This document shows, in pieces, positions 1 to 12,800 of a DNA stretch of 64,000 bases; the stretch's first letter is position 1; each line of letters opens with the position of its first letter. The stretch is from Pecten maximus (taxonomy: Eukaryota): NCBI RefSeq assembly GCF_902652985.1, contig NC_047023.1, positions 40,176,001 through 40,240,000 of the forward strand, given 5' to 3'. The notes beneath the pieces were generated by a model. It worked only from the letters and a program-made list of their open reading frames with translations, was not told the DNA's origin and did not search any database. Position numbers and translations under genes: made by a program.

Positions 1-202
1 AAAAAATACTGAAAACATCATCAGATATTTTAATAACAATATCAATAATATTGGTAGTCAGTATTTCAGAATATACGGATGGATTATTCAGTTTGTTAAC
101 GATTTCGGATTTTTTTTTTTAATTTACCATCCGGAACAATTATGCGGATGGAAATTTCACCCGTCACCACGCGAACGCAACGGCTGACAGCATTGACAGA
201 GT

Positions 203-652
203 TTAGCTATGAAAGTTGAATGTGCAGTGGGAGAAAGTGGAATTCGCCAAAAAACCAGATGTAAACATGTTCTTTGATTGCATGGAAACCTGATTACAGT
301 TTATAGTAGCTACAACAGCACCGGTGTCAGGGATACGACCAATGAGAGAAGTGACAATGGCCGAGGGAGTTAGACGAGCTTCAGCGACAACGTTGCTTGT
401 GACGGGTACCATGGCTGTTTCAAGTTTAGGATGCGTTAGACACGATAATGCACCACTTGATGCTTTCTTTTGTGAAGAAGAAACTGTTCTATTGTACGAC
501 CGGAGAGAAGCCTCGTTCTTATGATTTGACATAAACATGATGTGTCGGGTTTCAAAATTTTTGTCATTCAAACACTGGATGGCGGTGGCGCGCAAACAAT
601 GTGGTGTGTAATGATTTTCCACTCTGGCCCCGGAACAAATATCTGTCAACAT
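203..652 (-). mobile_element. Truncated Crypton-type tyrosine recombinase (C-terminal catalytic part) of a DNA transposon
   Basis: HYTPHCLRATAI (HxLR), MSNHKNEASLRSY (catalytic H...Y) and the tail FSHCTFNF are typical of animal Crypton/DUF3504-type recombinases. An in-frame TAA lies three codons upstream of the Met, so the N-terminal part is missing. Confidence 0.78.
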
Positions 653-3600
653 ATGTGTTTATTAAATCTTGTTTTATTTCCATTTTCGTGATTGTTAACC
701 ATTCTTACCTTTATTTTCGTTTTACATTTTAAGATTTGTTTTCTGGTCTCGTACTCTATCCGATAGCATGATGAGCAATGATAAGATGCCATTTGTTTAC
801 ATTGGTTGCAAGTAGTTACGGGGGATCCCGTCCGTACATCCGGTCGCGTATGAATAACACCCGAATGCACGATTTGGGTGTCAGTTATGCATAGAATGGT
901 GTCACGCTTTGGGTGTCAGTTATACTCTCATAGACTGCAAATTTGTTTAGTTTGTTTATATCATGGCTTTGCCATCCAAATGTAAATATACCTTTATAAT
1001 TTTATTTCATTTGTTACACTCATTTTCATTGGTTGGAAAATTAAGGTTATTTCTTCATAGCCCGAAAATAATTACGTCATTTTTAATGACGTAATACACG
1101 TAGAACTACTTTTGACGTCGTCTGCTTGCGACTATCAATGTGTCGTTCAACGTCGGATATTTTCGGATTGGTTATCGAACAGAATATCGATTATAAAGTC
1201 ATCGGAGATACGAAAGCTCTATCAGAAGCTACAGTCGAGAATGTTCTGCAAACCAAAAACGTGTAATCAGCAACACTTTAGCTTCGATAATCAATCAAAA
1301 CTGCGGCCATAATCAAAATGGCGTAGGCCCACTTGTGGCCGCGGAAAATACAACTTGCCTCTGATACCGTCCAACTCATATGCCTCCTCGATTAGCAATG
1401 TTCTGTCATCGGGGATGTTTTCCAACTCATCTTTCAATAACTGAGTATTTAATTTTCCTTCGCGTCTATGAAAAAGAATGCCCATCCGTTTTCTCAATTT
1501 ATTTTTGGATAAACCAAAAATAAATTGAGAATAATGCTTAAATAAATAAACTAAGAAAAATGGCGCCTACGTGGTATAATTTTGTCTACAGACACGTTAA
1601 TTATTTACATATACTTCAGTTTGTGAATGTAACCTATCAGGATATATTTTGTTACTTTGACAATATTTCCATTCTCAAGTAAAGACAAAGCATGGAATAT
1701 GTATATCATTCCATTCTCATATACAGGCAATACACATGAAATATGTAGCTCATTTCATTCACAAGTATAGACAATACATATGATTCAGACGACGGCCTAT
1801 CATACGGGGAACAAGAAACTCCGTTTGAAGTTCTCCCTTGCCCATCTTTTTCACTTTGAGTGCTTTTTTTCAGTTTACAAACCAGATATGTCAAATCAGG
1901 TACAGTTCATCAAGCAATGACATAAGCATTTTGATATTTGAATGACGGAGAAAGAAAAGCGTGAGACGTAGAAAAAGAGAACGGTATGACCAGAGAGGGG
2001 GGCAATGGACTTGTGAGAGTAAGATGATGAAATTATGGAGAAAATTAGAGACACAGAAAGTATAGTTCTAGTGGCAAAGAAAGGGCTTGGAAATAAGTAT
2101 GACTACCATCTAAAGAGCGTGTATTTTGTGAAACAGTTTGAATGTTTCAACAAATGCAGAACAAAATAAGTCAGCAGTGAGATGTTACCACCTGACCATC
2201 TCTCCGGAACACAAGATACCCTCCGGGAACTCGGAGATAAACAACTCATGCTAACACAAGATTCACGTGACCTAAAAACCCGGTCTTATATTCCAATATC
2301 CTCGAGTGTCCCTTTACCTTATCACAATACCGTAAAGTGGTCAAATTGATTTCCCTATCTCGTGTCCTTATCAATATCCAATATGTGGCGTTTTCATTAA
2401 ATAAGACTTGGAGGTCGCCTACTTTGGTTTATTTAGCTATACCAGTCTAGCTCTGCTAAAGCGACCCCCATCCTTTCCCTCCTTTTTTCGTCAAGGAACT
2501 GTGACGAAACCGGTGACTCTGGTGAATTTGGTATAAGCTAAAGTTCGTAAAAGTCTTATAAAATAATAAAACCAGGCATGAAGGTATCGACTACACGTGA
2601 TTCTCTGACAATTGTTCAATTTTATAATACTGCACTGTCTGTTTGTTAGCCAAGAAGGTCTATAAAATATTTCGTGACAAGTACGAAGATTTAGACAAGA
2701 TGGTTGGTTACAGAATACTTGTACATGTATGTCTACCGTTGGCTGGTTTTAATTATAAAACACTATCCCGTACAAATGGACACGGTACACAAAGATGATA
2801 TATCAAACACGTAATCTGTTTTGGAAAAAAATTGTAAAGAATTTTAAGATTGAATTAGTTATGGAAAGTTTTGATAACATGAAAATTTCTGAAATAAATC
2901 TAATTTCAATGTCTTATAGCTAAATGAGTAGAATATATCTGTCTAGTTAACGAAAATACTATACTATACTAGATCTGTGTTCCCAAGGTCAACGTTTCTC
3001 AAACGCTTGAATGTTGGCCTCCGAATTTCCACAGGGAATACACATCCATATAAACAACGGCTTCACCATGTCCCGATTGATGGGCACGTGATATTTCGAT
3101 GCACCATTTTGATTGAGCAAAACGCCCTATTTTTCTGTAATCTTAATCTAAATGTTCAGAACTATTAAATTTATCACTAGGTCATGTAGTAAATTAAAGA
3201 TACATGCTTTAGATACAATGTGTACATTTTACACCCGAATAAATTATGTAGGTACTAACAAGCATTTTGGGGAGGGCTTCGTACGATGTGAGGAGTTATA
3301 CACAATCCCTCTGATGTGATGACAATTAGGCTTGAAAGCAAGATAAAAAGAAGACAGTTTGTTTTCCTTTTGTCGACGTTTTAATGGTCGCCCATCTACA
3401 ATTTCTTGTTTTGGGTATGTACCATATTTATTTGACCAGAATAAAGGCATGTTAATGAAATCATCTCATAAGTACTTATCGATCAATTAAACAATCGCGG
3501 TAAACAATAGATCCAATTAAAAATTGCTTATTGTCATCTCAAAGAGTTGAAAGGCTCATTTTACTTTTTTTTAATTCGTTCATATACCGAAAAAGCACAG

Positions 3601-3665
3601 TGCACATTATAGATTAGCTGTAATAACAAACGCGATTATAGATGTTTTGGTTTATAACTGAATTT

Positions 3666-4246
3666 AACAGGAAATCAGTATCTGTATGGATGTGATAACT
3701 ATTAATGGATTAACAGGAAGTCAATATTTGTATGGATGTGATAACTATTAATGGATTAACAGGAAGTCAGTATTTGTATGGATGTGATTGCTATAACATG
3801 AATAACAGGAAAGCAGTATTTGTATGATTGTTAAAACTTTAACTGGGTGAACAGGAAGCCAGCATTTGTATTAATGTAAATACTATAAATGGAATAACAA
3901 AAAGACAGTATTTGTATTGATATGATAACCATAACTGGAAAAACCGGAAGTCGGCGTTTGTATGGATGTAAAAACTGTAAATGGATTAACAAGAAGTCAG
4001 CATGTGTATGCATGTAAATACTTTAACTTGGTAAACAGGAAGTCTGCATTTGTATGGATGTGATTACTATAACTTGAATAACAGAAAGTCAATATTTGTA
4101 TGGATGTGATTTAGTTAACAGGAAGCCAGCATTTGTATGGATGTGATAACTGTAACTTGAATAACAGGAAGTCAGCATTTGTACTACGGATGTAAATACT
4201 AAAACTGGGTAAACAGGAGGTCGGTATCTGTATGGATGTAAATACT
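3666..4246. repeat. Degenerate 46-bp minisatellite, ~12 copies (AACAGGAAGTCAGTATTTGTATGGATGTGATAACTATTAATGGATT)
   Basis: Recurrent AACAGGAAG...TGTATGGATGT at ~46-bp spacing. Confidence 0.9.
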
Positions 4247-7200
4247 AGTCACAATCACTAATCAGGTAATCTTCAGAGCAGGTAATATGCCATACCTCAC
4301 TAACTAGTAGTCTTAATTTTGTGATTAGGATCAGGTTGTCACGTGCGTTTTTTCCGAAGGCTAATAATAAACATGATGTTCACTTGTTGCACGATATCGT
4401 GAGAATGGCTTTACATTGATGTTTAAATTAGTTTACGGAACATTTTTTTATTAACTATGTAACGATGGATAAATTTTTTGCTTTGTCATGTATCTGTATT
4501 TCAATCTTATTTCATAACTGTCTGGTACCGAAAGCGAGATTACGTTATTTTCACATGTCTAAAAATCTTTGTTTTATTAGCAAGTGTCAAGAGACAATAA
4601 CGTGCTTTATGTACCCACCGGGGAAAGGATTATAAACTTTACCGCAGCCTTATCCTACCCTCGGGTTGACATATCTCGCAGAGTATGTCTTTGTCATCAA
4701 ATTACGGATGAGTTATCTCGATGCAAACCTAAACCTTCTCCCTGTATTTTATATATTTCAGACTTAAACGAATGTGGCCAACAAGATGTCCGCTCAGCTC
4801 ATCAAATAATTGGTGAAAATGCGGATTATAAATGAACTCGACCATTCTTAATTTCTTTTCAAAAGGTGTTATTCGACATAGAATCCTAAATCACACTGGC
4901 CCCGTAGGATATATATAGGTTTTATGTCCGATAAAGGTCGTACTGATACCGAAAATTCACGTCTTATTAATGTTGAATTATAATTACTAAACAAACTTAC
5001 GGAGCTATTCTATGCCATTCAACTAGAAGTTTAATACAGTGCTCGCTTCGCTGGATGTTATAGCGACATATATAATAGACTTCTTGGTTCGAAACTGGAC
5101 GTTATTATCCAGAGCCTCGTTTTCGCTACTCCTACACATGCATAGACAATACATGGTAAACAGAGTAAGGAGTATAATACAAACTCGATGATTGGTGGAT
5201 GTATGACTATTCTATGGCACAGTTTTGATTATATTAAAATGACCGACAAAGGTAAAAGTTGAAGTCACCTTAAAAATACAAACGTAATTCCAGAACAGAA
5301 CAGGCACAGATCTTTATCCACCGATAAAGCGCCTCGATATACATGTACGTTCGCCGCGGCTGATATCCACAGTTTACAGTTAAATATGTTTGACGGACAA
5401 AACTTTTTTTTTTCATCTATCTTTAGCCGACAACACTTTAAATTGTGATCAAAGACAAACTATATACATGTACAAGGATCGTTAAAGACGTAAAGAGAAA
5501 TTATTGAATTTAACATATCGAATATACAAGCTATTGAAATGTGTCCTATTTCATATTAAATCTGTATTATTACATCGACAAACTTTACACTCCCTGTTGT
5601 TGAGTTTCCAATATCTAAATCGTAAATACCTCCCCAAGGGCGTCTCTGTAGGATATTTATCTTACAAACGCTAATGCTGTAATTTAACTCCATCACGTGT
5701 ACATAGAATTCAATACAGACATGTTCATAGTCTATCTATACTGCGGGTATAGGAATGTGACGCGCATTATATTTATGTAAACAACATGTTCCTTGGGGGT
5801 TTATCATAATTATATGTTGAGGTGAAATTGGCCTTGTAAGAATGCATGTAATTTAATCCCGGGAGAATGTTCCTCCCAGAAGTATTGTAGATAATATGAT
5901 CGAATAGTTTTGAACTTAAACACTGACTATTAACATCCCTATCCGTGGAAAGTCTTATTTTCAGTTAAAGTAAAAGAAATCCTGTATTTGGTCTTTCTGA
6001 TAAGATATATTTTTATCCAAATTTAAAAGCAAATAATAATAACAAGAAGTCCCGGTGGGCCCCGTTTTCCAAACCTGGCAAATGATCTATTCCATTATCA
6101 TATCTCGTGAAAATTTTTGTTTTTTCTTTGCTTTCTTTATACAATTAGTTCGATTTTTGTTAGTTATATACGCAATGCGTGACGCTTTCACCAGTTGTAA
6201 TACAGTAGTTGAGGCCAGGACTTCTATAAGTTGTTACAATTTCTGCTTAATCAATTTGTTTGTTTCAATAAAATAATGTTAAAATCGTGCTAAATTCAGG
6301 GCAAACGACCGCTGCAAGGACGGATTTTTTCATCTCAGGAAGTAAAAAGGATCCGATCCCGTGAGGTTATAAATCGTGACAGTTGGTTTTACGTAATCTC
6401 AAGGCTGTTGGAACTCACGTCATCTCCAGCCGAGCGGTTTTGGATTCTATCCATCGTATCACTTTAAGTTTAACAAAACTCATGTGCGTAGTTGATATGA
6501 TGTACATTATGTACTCTTACGAGTCAAAGATCTGAAATAGAACAGACAATTAATTTACTGTAAAATATATATTGGCAACATCGATATACATTTACGAATG
6601 TCGGGGCGATAAGTGTAATTACAGCGTTCAAATATACCCATCAATTAAATAATAATCTGTTGTTTCTTTTGTTGAACAAACAACGAGAAAAAAAACTCCA
6701 TATCAACAGTTTCAGGTATGAAACATGAAATGGCTAATTCAAACATTGTATCCGTCGGAAAACAATTTTCTCTCAAGTCGCGAGTCTCATTCCAAGTGTT
6801 CCCGAGTGATATATAATGCAACTCATGGCAAAAACATGATTCACAGTAGCATGATAAAGGAAGAACAGAAAACATTAATTTCCCTAACTGCTAAAGAATA
6901 AATCTTCAGTGGATATTTTTGAAACGAACTAGGTCTTTCTCTTTCGGTTTTGTTTGATGCTGTCCCCTTCAACACCAAATCATAATAATGTATCCATTGA
7001 AAATAATACACTTTTACAGGTTTTAAAGTCTGCAGTCGCTAAAGGTGGAAACATCGCGAAAGGAATCGCTTTATATGGAGATGTTGAATTATTGCCATAC
7101 CTACAAATGTGGTGACGGAGTCGTCCTGATGTCGCTGACAGAATCACCATATTATGTAGTCCTAAAAAGGACCTCTAAACTAAACTAGCCACATTTAAGA

Positions 7201-7846
7201 TTCCCGCTTTATTTTTAAAATCGAACTACATGTATATACAAACGCTGAACCTCTAAAATATTTGGTTGTGGGATTTCTGAGATAATTTCAAAAGGATGAA
7301 ATACACCATCATGTGTTGTTGGATTATCACGTTTTCTTCCAGGTTCTCCAGTTCAGGTCGGATATGAAGATTCGTAGCTAAAACACGTTTGTTTCAATGA
7401 ATCAAGGAGTGTCTCAATTTCAACAAGATAACAGTTTTTTTTTGGCCAGGCATATATAGTAAAAGACTAGGCTGTTTTAGTCGAAGTAATAATATATATA
7501 TATACTTTATAATTTTGCTCAAAATCGTAAAAGAAAACTTAAAAAAACAAACAAACAAACAAAAGAGAAACAATGGTAACAAACAAATTTGAACGATTTT
7601 CTTAATAGCTAGGCTTACAAAGAAAATTGATACGCGTTCTGACCTGAAGTACAATTCAGACACTAGAACTCGTTATAATAGAGATTGTAACAGTTTTTAA
7701 CTTAATCAATGACAATCTGTTACTGTCCACCAATACGTGTGGATCAGGTATCTTTATGTCTCTGTATGGTACGGACTGTTAAATATCTGCCTTTGTGAAT
7801 GACAGTCAACGTCACTACAGTGTATAAAGGGTGACATCTTGTCCCG

Positions 7847-8197
7847 CACGTGTATATATACAAATATGTCACAAGGTAAACAGGGCGCGTGTTGTGACGT
7901 ATACACGTGTGTCATAAAGATACAAGGTCACAGGTGATGTACCCAGGTAACAAGGTCATGACATATCCACGTGCGTCTCTCAGTAAGAATTTCACGTGTG
8001 ACATTTTTACGTGTGCTGCCAAATAACAGGTCACGAGTGACCTTTCGACGTGCGTCACCAATGCAAGTTATACACTGTTAGGTCATGTGTGACATATACA
8101 TGTGTGTCAACAATGCAAGTTATACACTGTTAGGTCATGTGTGACATATACACTGTGTGTCAAGCAATGCAAGTTATATACTGTAAGGTCATGCGTG
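7847..8197. repeat. Degenerate tandem repeat (clear 52-bp unit x3 at 8059-8197) rich in CACGTG and AGGTCA
   Basis: CAATGCAAGTTATACACTGTTAGGTCATGTGTGACATATACA repeated; looser copies upstream. Confidence 0.75.
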
Positions 8198-9810
8198 ATC
8201 AGTCAATGTCGTATTGGAATAATTTCTCTTGCTTTGTTACCATTTTGATATAGCTTGTCTTTGTTGACGATGTGTGGAGTATTTTGGAAGGAAATATAAA
8301 GTATACTGTAAGAAATATGTAAATCAGCCTTTATTTTGTTCCTTTATATAACGTCCTTGGTTGTTGTGGCTGCGTTATGCTACACATTTGTACATTAAAA
8401 AGCATTTCCTTCACCTCAAGACCCTATCAAGTGGTATATTACATCCATACTGTTGCAAACTTGGACAAAATCGCTGATGTAATTATCCATTACCAAACAT
8501 AACAGAGGAAAATAAATTAAAAAAAAGAAGAAGCTAAAATCAAATAATAAGACATGGTATACATACATATAACGGTACTTTATAAGGGTAAGTACTATAC
8601 GAAATTAAAATCTTTTTACCTATACACTACCTGTAATTTGTAAGCTTTATTGTGACTAGACAGAATTGAACTCGCTGTAATTACGAAGTATTTTTCTTAA
8701 AGTATACTTTATATTTCCTCCATAATAGATGTTTAACATCAGTAATTGATTTCAGTCTTCGTCTCATTATCCTGACTATAGCCAACACACTCGAGAGCTT
8801 TAGATTGAGTAGTCAGTTGTATTGTTACGTAGGCTTGAGAGGCGTGTTAAGTTTGGCGATTGCCAGTTAATTGTAAGGTTGTACGTAAACTAGTTATTCA
8901 TTTCACGATATGACATATACATGTACCTGTACATACAGACTGCACAGCAATGGTAATTGGATTCCGAACTCTAATCTATAGTATAACTTTACTATAAAGC
9001 ACCGATTCTTTAAGAAGAAAAAAATTATGTCATGTTCTGAACTTTAAATATCTAGGTTTTATATGGCAAAGTGACATTTCATATAATTATACAAGTATGT
9101 AGACAATGTGTTAACAGATTTAACGGGGAACAAGCGTATACACTAGTACTAAAGTATTGTAATGTCTTTTCGACAGCTTGTTAAGCGGCCGAGTGAGTAT
9201 TGGCAGACCTCGCTGAGTTTACTATAGTACACGTAAATGCCACTCATAGATATGTAGGTATACCAGTACATGTTTATGTGTGTGTCTGTTTGTGTGTGTG
9301 GCTAAAACTACTTACACGTGATCACAAGTATCTTAGATCGCTTTAAGTGAACGCCTATTTTCTTTAAAGTACCCGGCTGTGTGTTGAATAGTGGATTTAA
9401 GTTTTGAAGTACATACCTGTACCAATTCCGGATTTAATTATTGTCTGTCCTTATTCATTAACGAGGAAGGAGAGTTACAACTTTGTTATTGTTTACGAAT
9501 CGTGTTTCTTTGGATTTAAAACCCAAAATCAAAGCGTAAGTACATCTTTTTTTTTCACAATTTATTGCAATATTCTACAAATACAATGACACTATTATGC
9601 TATATATGGACCTTTAAAGTGAATGTTAGAGTTTGGGTATATTAGGTTATACATGTATAAGCTTTAGGCCGCAGGCTAATGATATTGTGTTATGTCACTG
9701 AATTGGAAATGAAGTTTCAAACACTTAAATAGTGTTCTCCTCGGCATTAAGGTTGTCCATACTAAAGAGCTAACTCTTTCGGCAATTTATGACGTCGCAA
9801 GCGTGATGAA

Positions 9811-12800
9811 GCTCAATGTATACGTCACAAGTTAGACCTGTACATGTTATAGCTCAAAGTATAACGTCACAAGTTAGACCCGTACATGTTATAGCTCAAT
9901 ATATAACGTCACAAGTTAGACCTGTACATGTTATAGCTCAAAGTATAACATCACAAGTTAGACCCGTACATGTTATAGCTCAATGTATAACGTCACAAGT
10001 TAGAGCTGTACATGTTGTTACTCATAGTATAACGTCACAAGTTAGACCTGTACATGTTGTTACTCAAAGTATAACGTCACAAGTTAGACCCGTACATGTT
10101 ATAGATCAAAGTATAACGTCACAAGTAAGACCCGTACATGTTATAGATCAATGTATACGTCACAAGTTAGACCTGTACATGTTATAGCTCAAAGTATAAA
10201 GTCACAAGTTAGACCTGTACATGTTATAGCTCAAAGTATAAAGTCACAAGTTAGACTCGTACATGTTATAGCTCAAAGTATAACGTCACAAGTTAGACCC
10301 GTACGTGTTATAGCTCAAAGTATAACGTCACAAGTTAGACCTGTACATGTTATAGCTCAAAGTATAACGTCACAAGTTAGACCCGTACATGTTATAGCTC
10401 AAAGTATAACGTCACAAGTTAGACCCGTACATGTTATAGCTCAAAGTATAACGTCACAAGTTAGACCCGTACATGTTGTAGATCGAAGTATAACGTCACA
10501 AGTTAGACCTGTACGTGTTATAGATCAAAGTATAACGTCACAAGTTAGACCCGTACATGTTGTTGCTCATAGTATAACGTCACAAGTTAGACTCGTACAT
10601 GTTATAGATCGAAGTATAACGTCACAAGTTAGACCCGTACATGTTATAGCTCAAAGTATAAGGTCACAAGTTAGACCTGTACATGTTATAGCTCAAAGTA
10701 TAACGTCACAAGTTAGACCCGTACATGTTATAGATCAATGTATACGTCACAAGTTAGACCTGTACATGTTATAGCTCAAAGTATAACGTCACAAGTTAGA
10801 CCTGTACATGTTATAGCTCAAAGTATAAGGTCACAAGTTAGACCCGTACATGTTATAGCTCAAAGTATAACGTCACACGTTAGACCCGTACATGTTGTAG
10901 CTCAAAGTATAACATCACAAGTTAGACCTGTACATGTTATAGCTCAAAGTATAACGTCACAAGTTAGACCTGTACATGTTATAGCTCAAAGTATGACGTC
11001 ACAAGTTAGACCTGTACATGTTATAGCTCAAAGTATAACGTCACAAGTTAGACCCGTACATGTTATAGCTCAAAGTATAACGTTACAAGTTAGACCCGTA
11101 CATGTTATAGCTCAAAGTATAACGTCACAAGTTAGACCCGTACATGTTATAGCTCAAAGTATAACGTCACACGTTAGACCTGTACATGTTATAGCTCAAA
11201 GTATAACGTTACAAGTTAGACCCGTACATGTTATAGCTCAAAGTATAACGTCACAAGTTAGACCCGTACATGTTATAGCTCAAAGTATAACATCACAAGT
11301 TAGACCTTTACATGTTATAGCTCAAAGTATAACGTTACAAGTTAGATCCGTACATGTTATAACTCAAAGTATAACATCACAAGTTAGACCTTTACATGTT
11401 ATAGCTCAAAGTATAACGTTACAAGTTAGACCCGTACATGTTATAACTCAAAGTATAAGGTCACAAGTTAGACCTGTACATGTTATAGCTCAAAGTATAA
11501 CGTCACAAGTTAGACCAGTGTATGTTGTAGCTCAAAGTATAACGTCACAAGTTAGACTCGTACATGTTATAGCTCAAAGTATAACGTTACAAGTTAGACC
11601 CGTACATGTTATAACTCAAAGTATAAGGTCACAAGTTAGACCTGTACATGTTATAGCTCAAAGTATAACGTTACAAGTTAGACCCGTACATGTTGTAGCT
11701 CAAAGTATAACGTCACAAGTTAGACCCGTACATGTTATAGCTCAAAGTATAAAGTCACAAATTAGACCTGTACATGTTATAACTCAAAGTATAACGTCAC
11801 AAGTTAGACCCGTACATGTTATAGCTCAAAGTATAAAGTCACAAGTTAGACCTGTACATGTTGTAGCTCAAAGTATAACGTCACAAGTTAGACCCGTACA
11901 TGTTATAGCTCAAAGTATAAAGTCACAAATTAGACCTGTACATGTTATAACTCAAAGTATAACGTCACAAGTTAGACCCGTACATGTTATAGCTCAAAGT
12001 ATAACGTCACAAGTTAGACCCGTACATGTTAGCTCAAAGTATAAAGTCACAAGTTAGACCTGTACATATTATAGCTCAATGTATAACGTCACAAGTTAGA
12101 CCCGTACATGTTATAGCTCAAAGTATAAAGTCACAAGTTAGACCTGTACATGTTGTAGCTCAAAGTATAACGTCACAAGTTAGACCCGTACATGTTATAG
12201 CTCAAAGTATAAAGTCACAAATTAGACCTGTACATGTTATAACTCAAAGTATAACGTCACAAGTTAGACCCGTACATATTATAGCTCAAAGTATAACGTC
12301 ACAAGTTAGACCCGTACATGTTATAGCTCAAAGTATAACGTTACAAGTTAGACCTGTACATGTTATAGCTCAAAGTATAACGTTACAAGTTAGACCCGTA
12401 CATGTTATAGCTCAAAGTATCACGTCACAAGTTAGAGCTGAACATGTTATAGATCAAAGTATAACGTCACACGTTAGACCCGTACATGTTATAGCTCAAT
12501 GTATAACGTCACAAGTTAGACCTGTACATGTTATAGCTCAAAGTATAACGTTACAAGTTAGACCTGTACATGTTATAACTCAAAGTATAAGGTCACAAGT
12601 TAGACCTGTACATGTTATAGCTCAAAGTATAACGTCACAAGTTAGACCAGTGTATGTTGTAGCTCAAAGTATAACGTCACAAGTTAGACTCGTACATGTT
12701 ATAGCTCAAAGTATAACGTTACAAGTTAGACCCGTACATGTTATAACTCAAAGTATAAGGTCACAAGTTAGACCTGTACATGTTATAGCTCAAAGTATAA

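Noticed and set aside
5039-5050. U6 snRNA 5' end (GTGCTCGCTTCG)
   Set aside because: The match stops after 12 nt with no ACAGAGA box; it lies in the loop of an imperfect inverted repeat, more like a transposon remnant.
6040-6080. Helentron-like terminus AACAAGAAGTCCCGGTGGGCCC
   Set aside because: Resembles a common bivalve element end, but is too short and lacks the expected downstream blocks.
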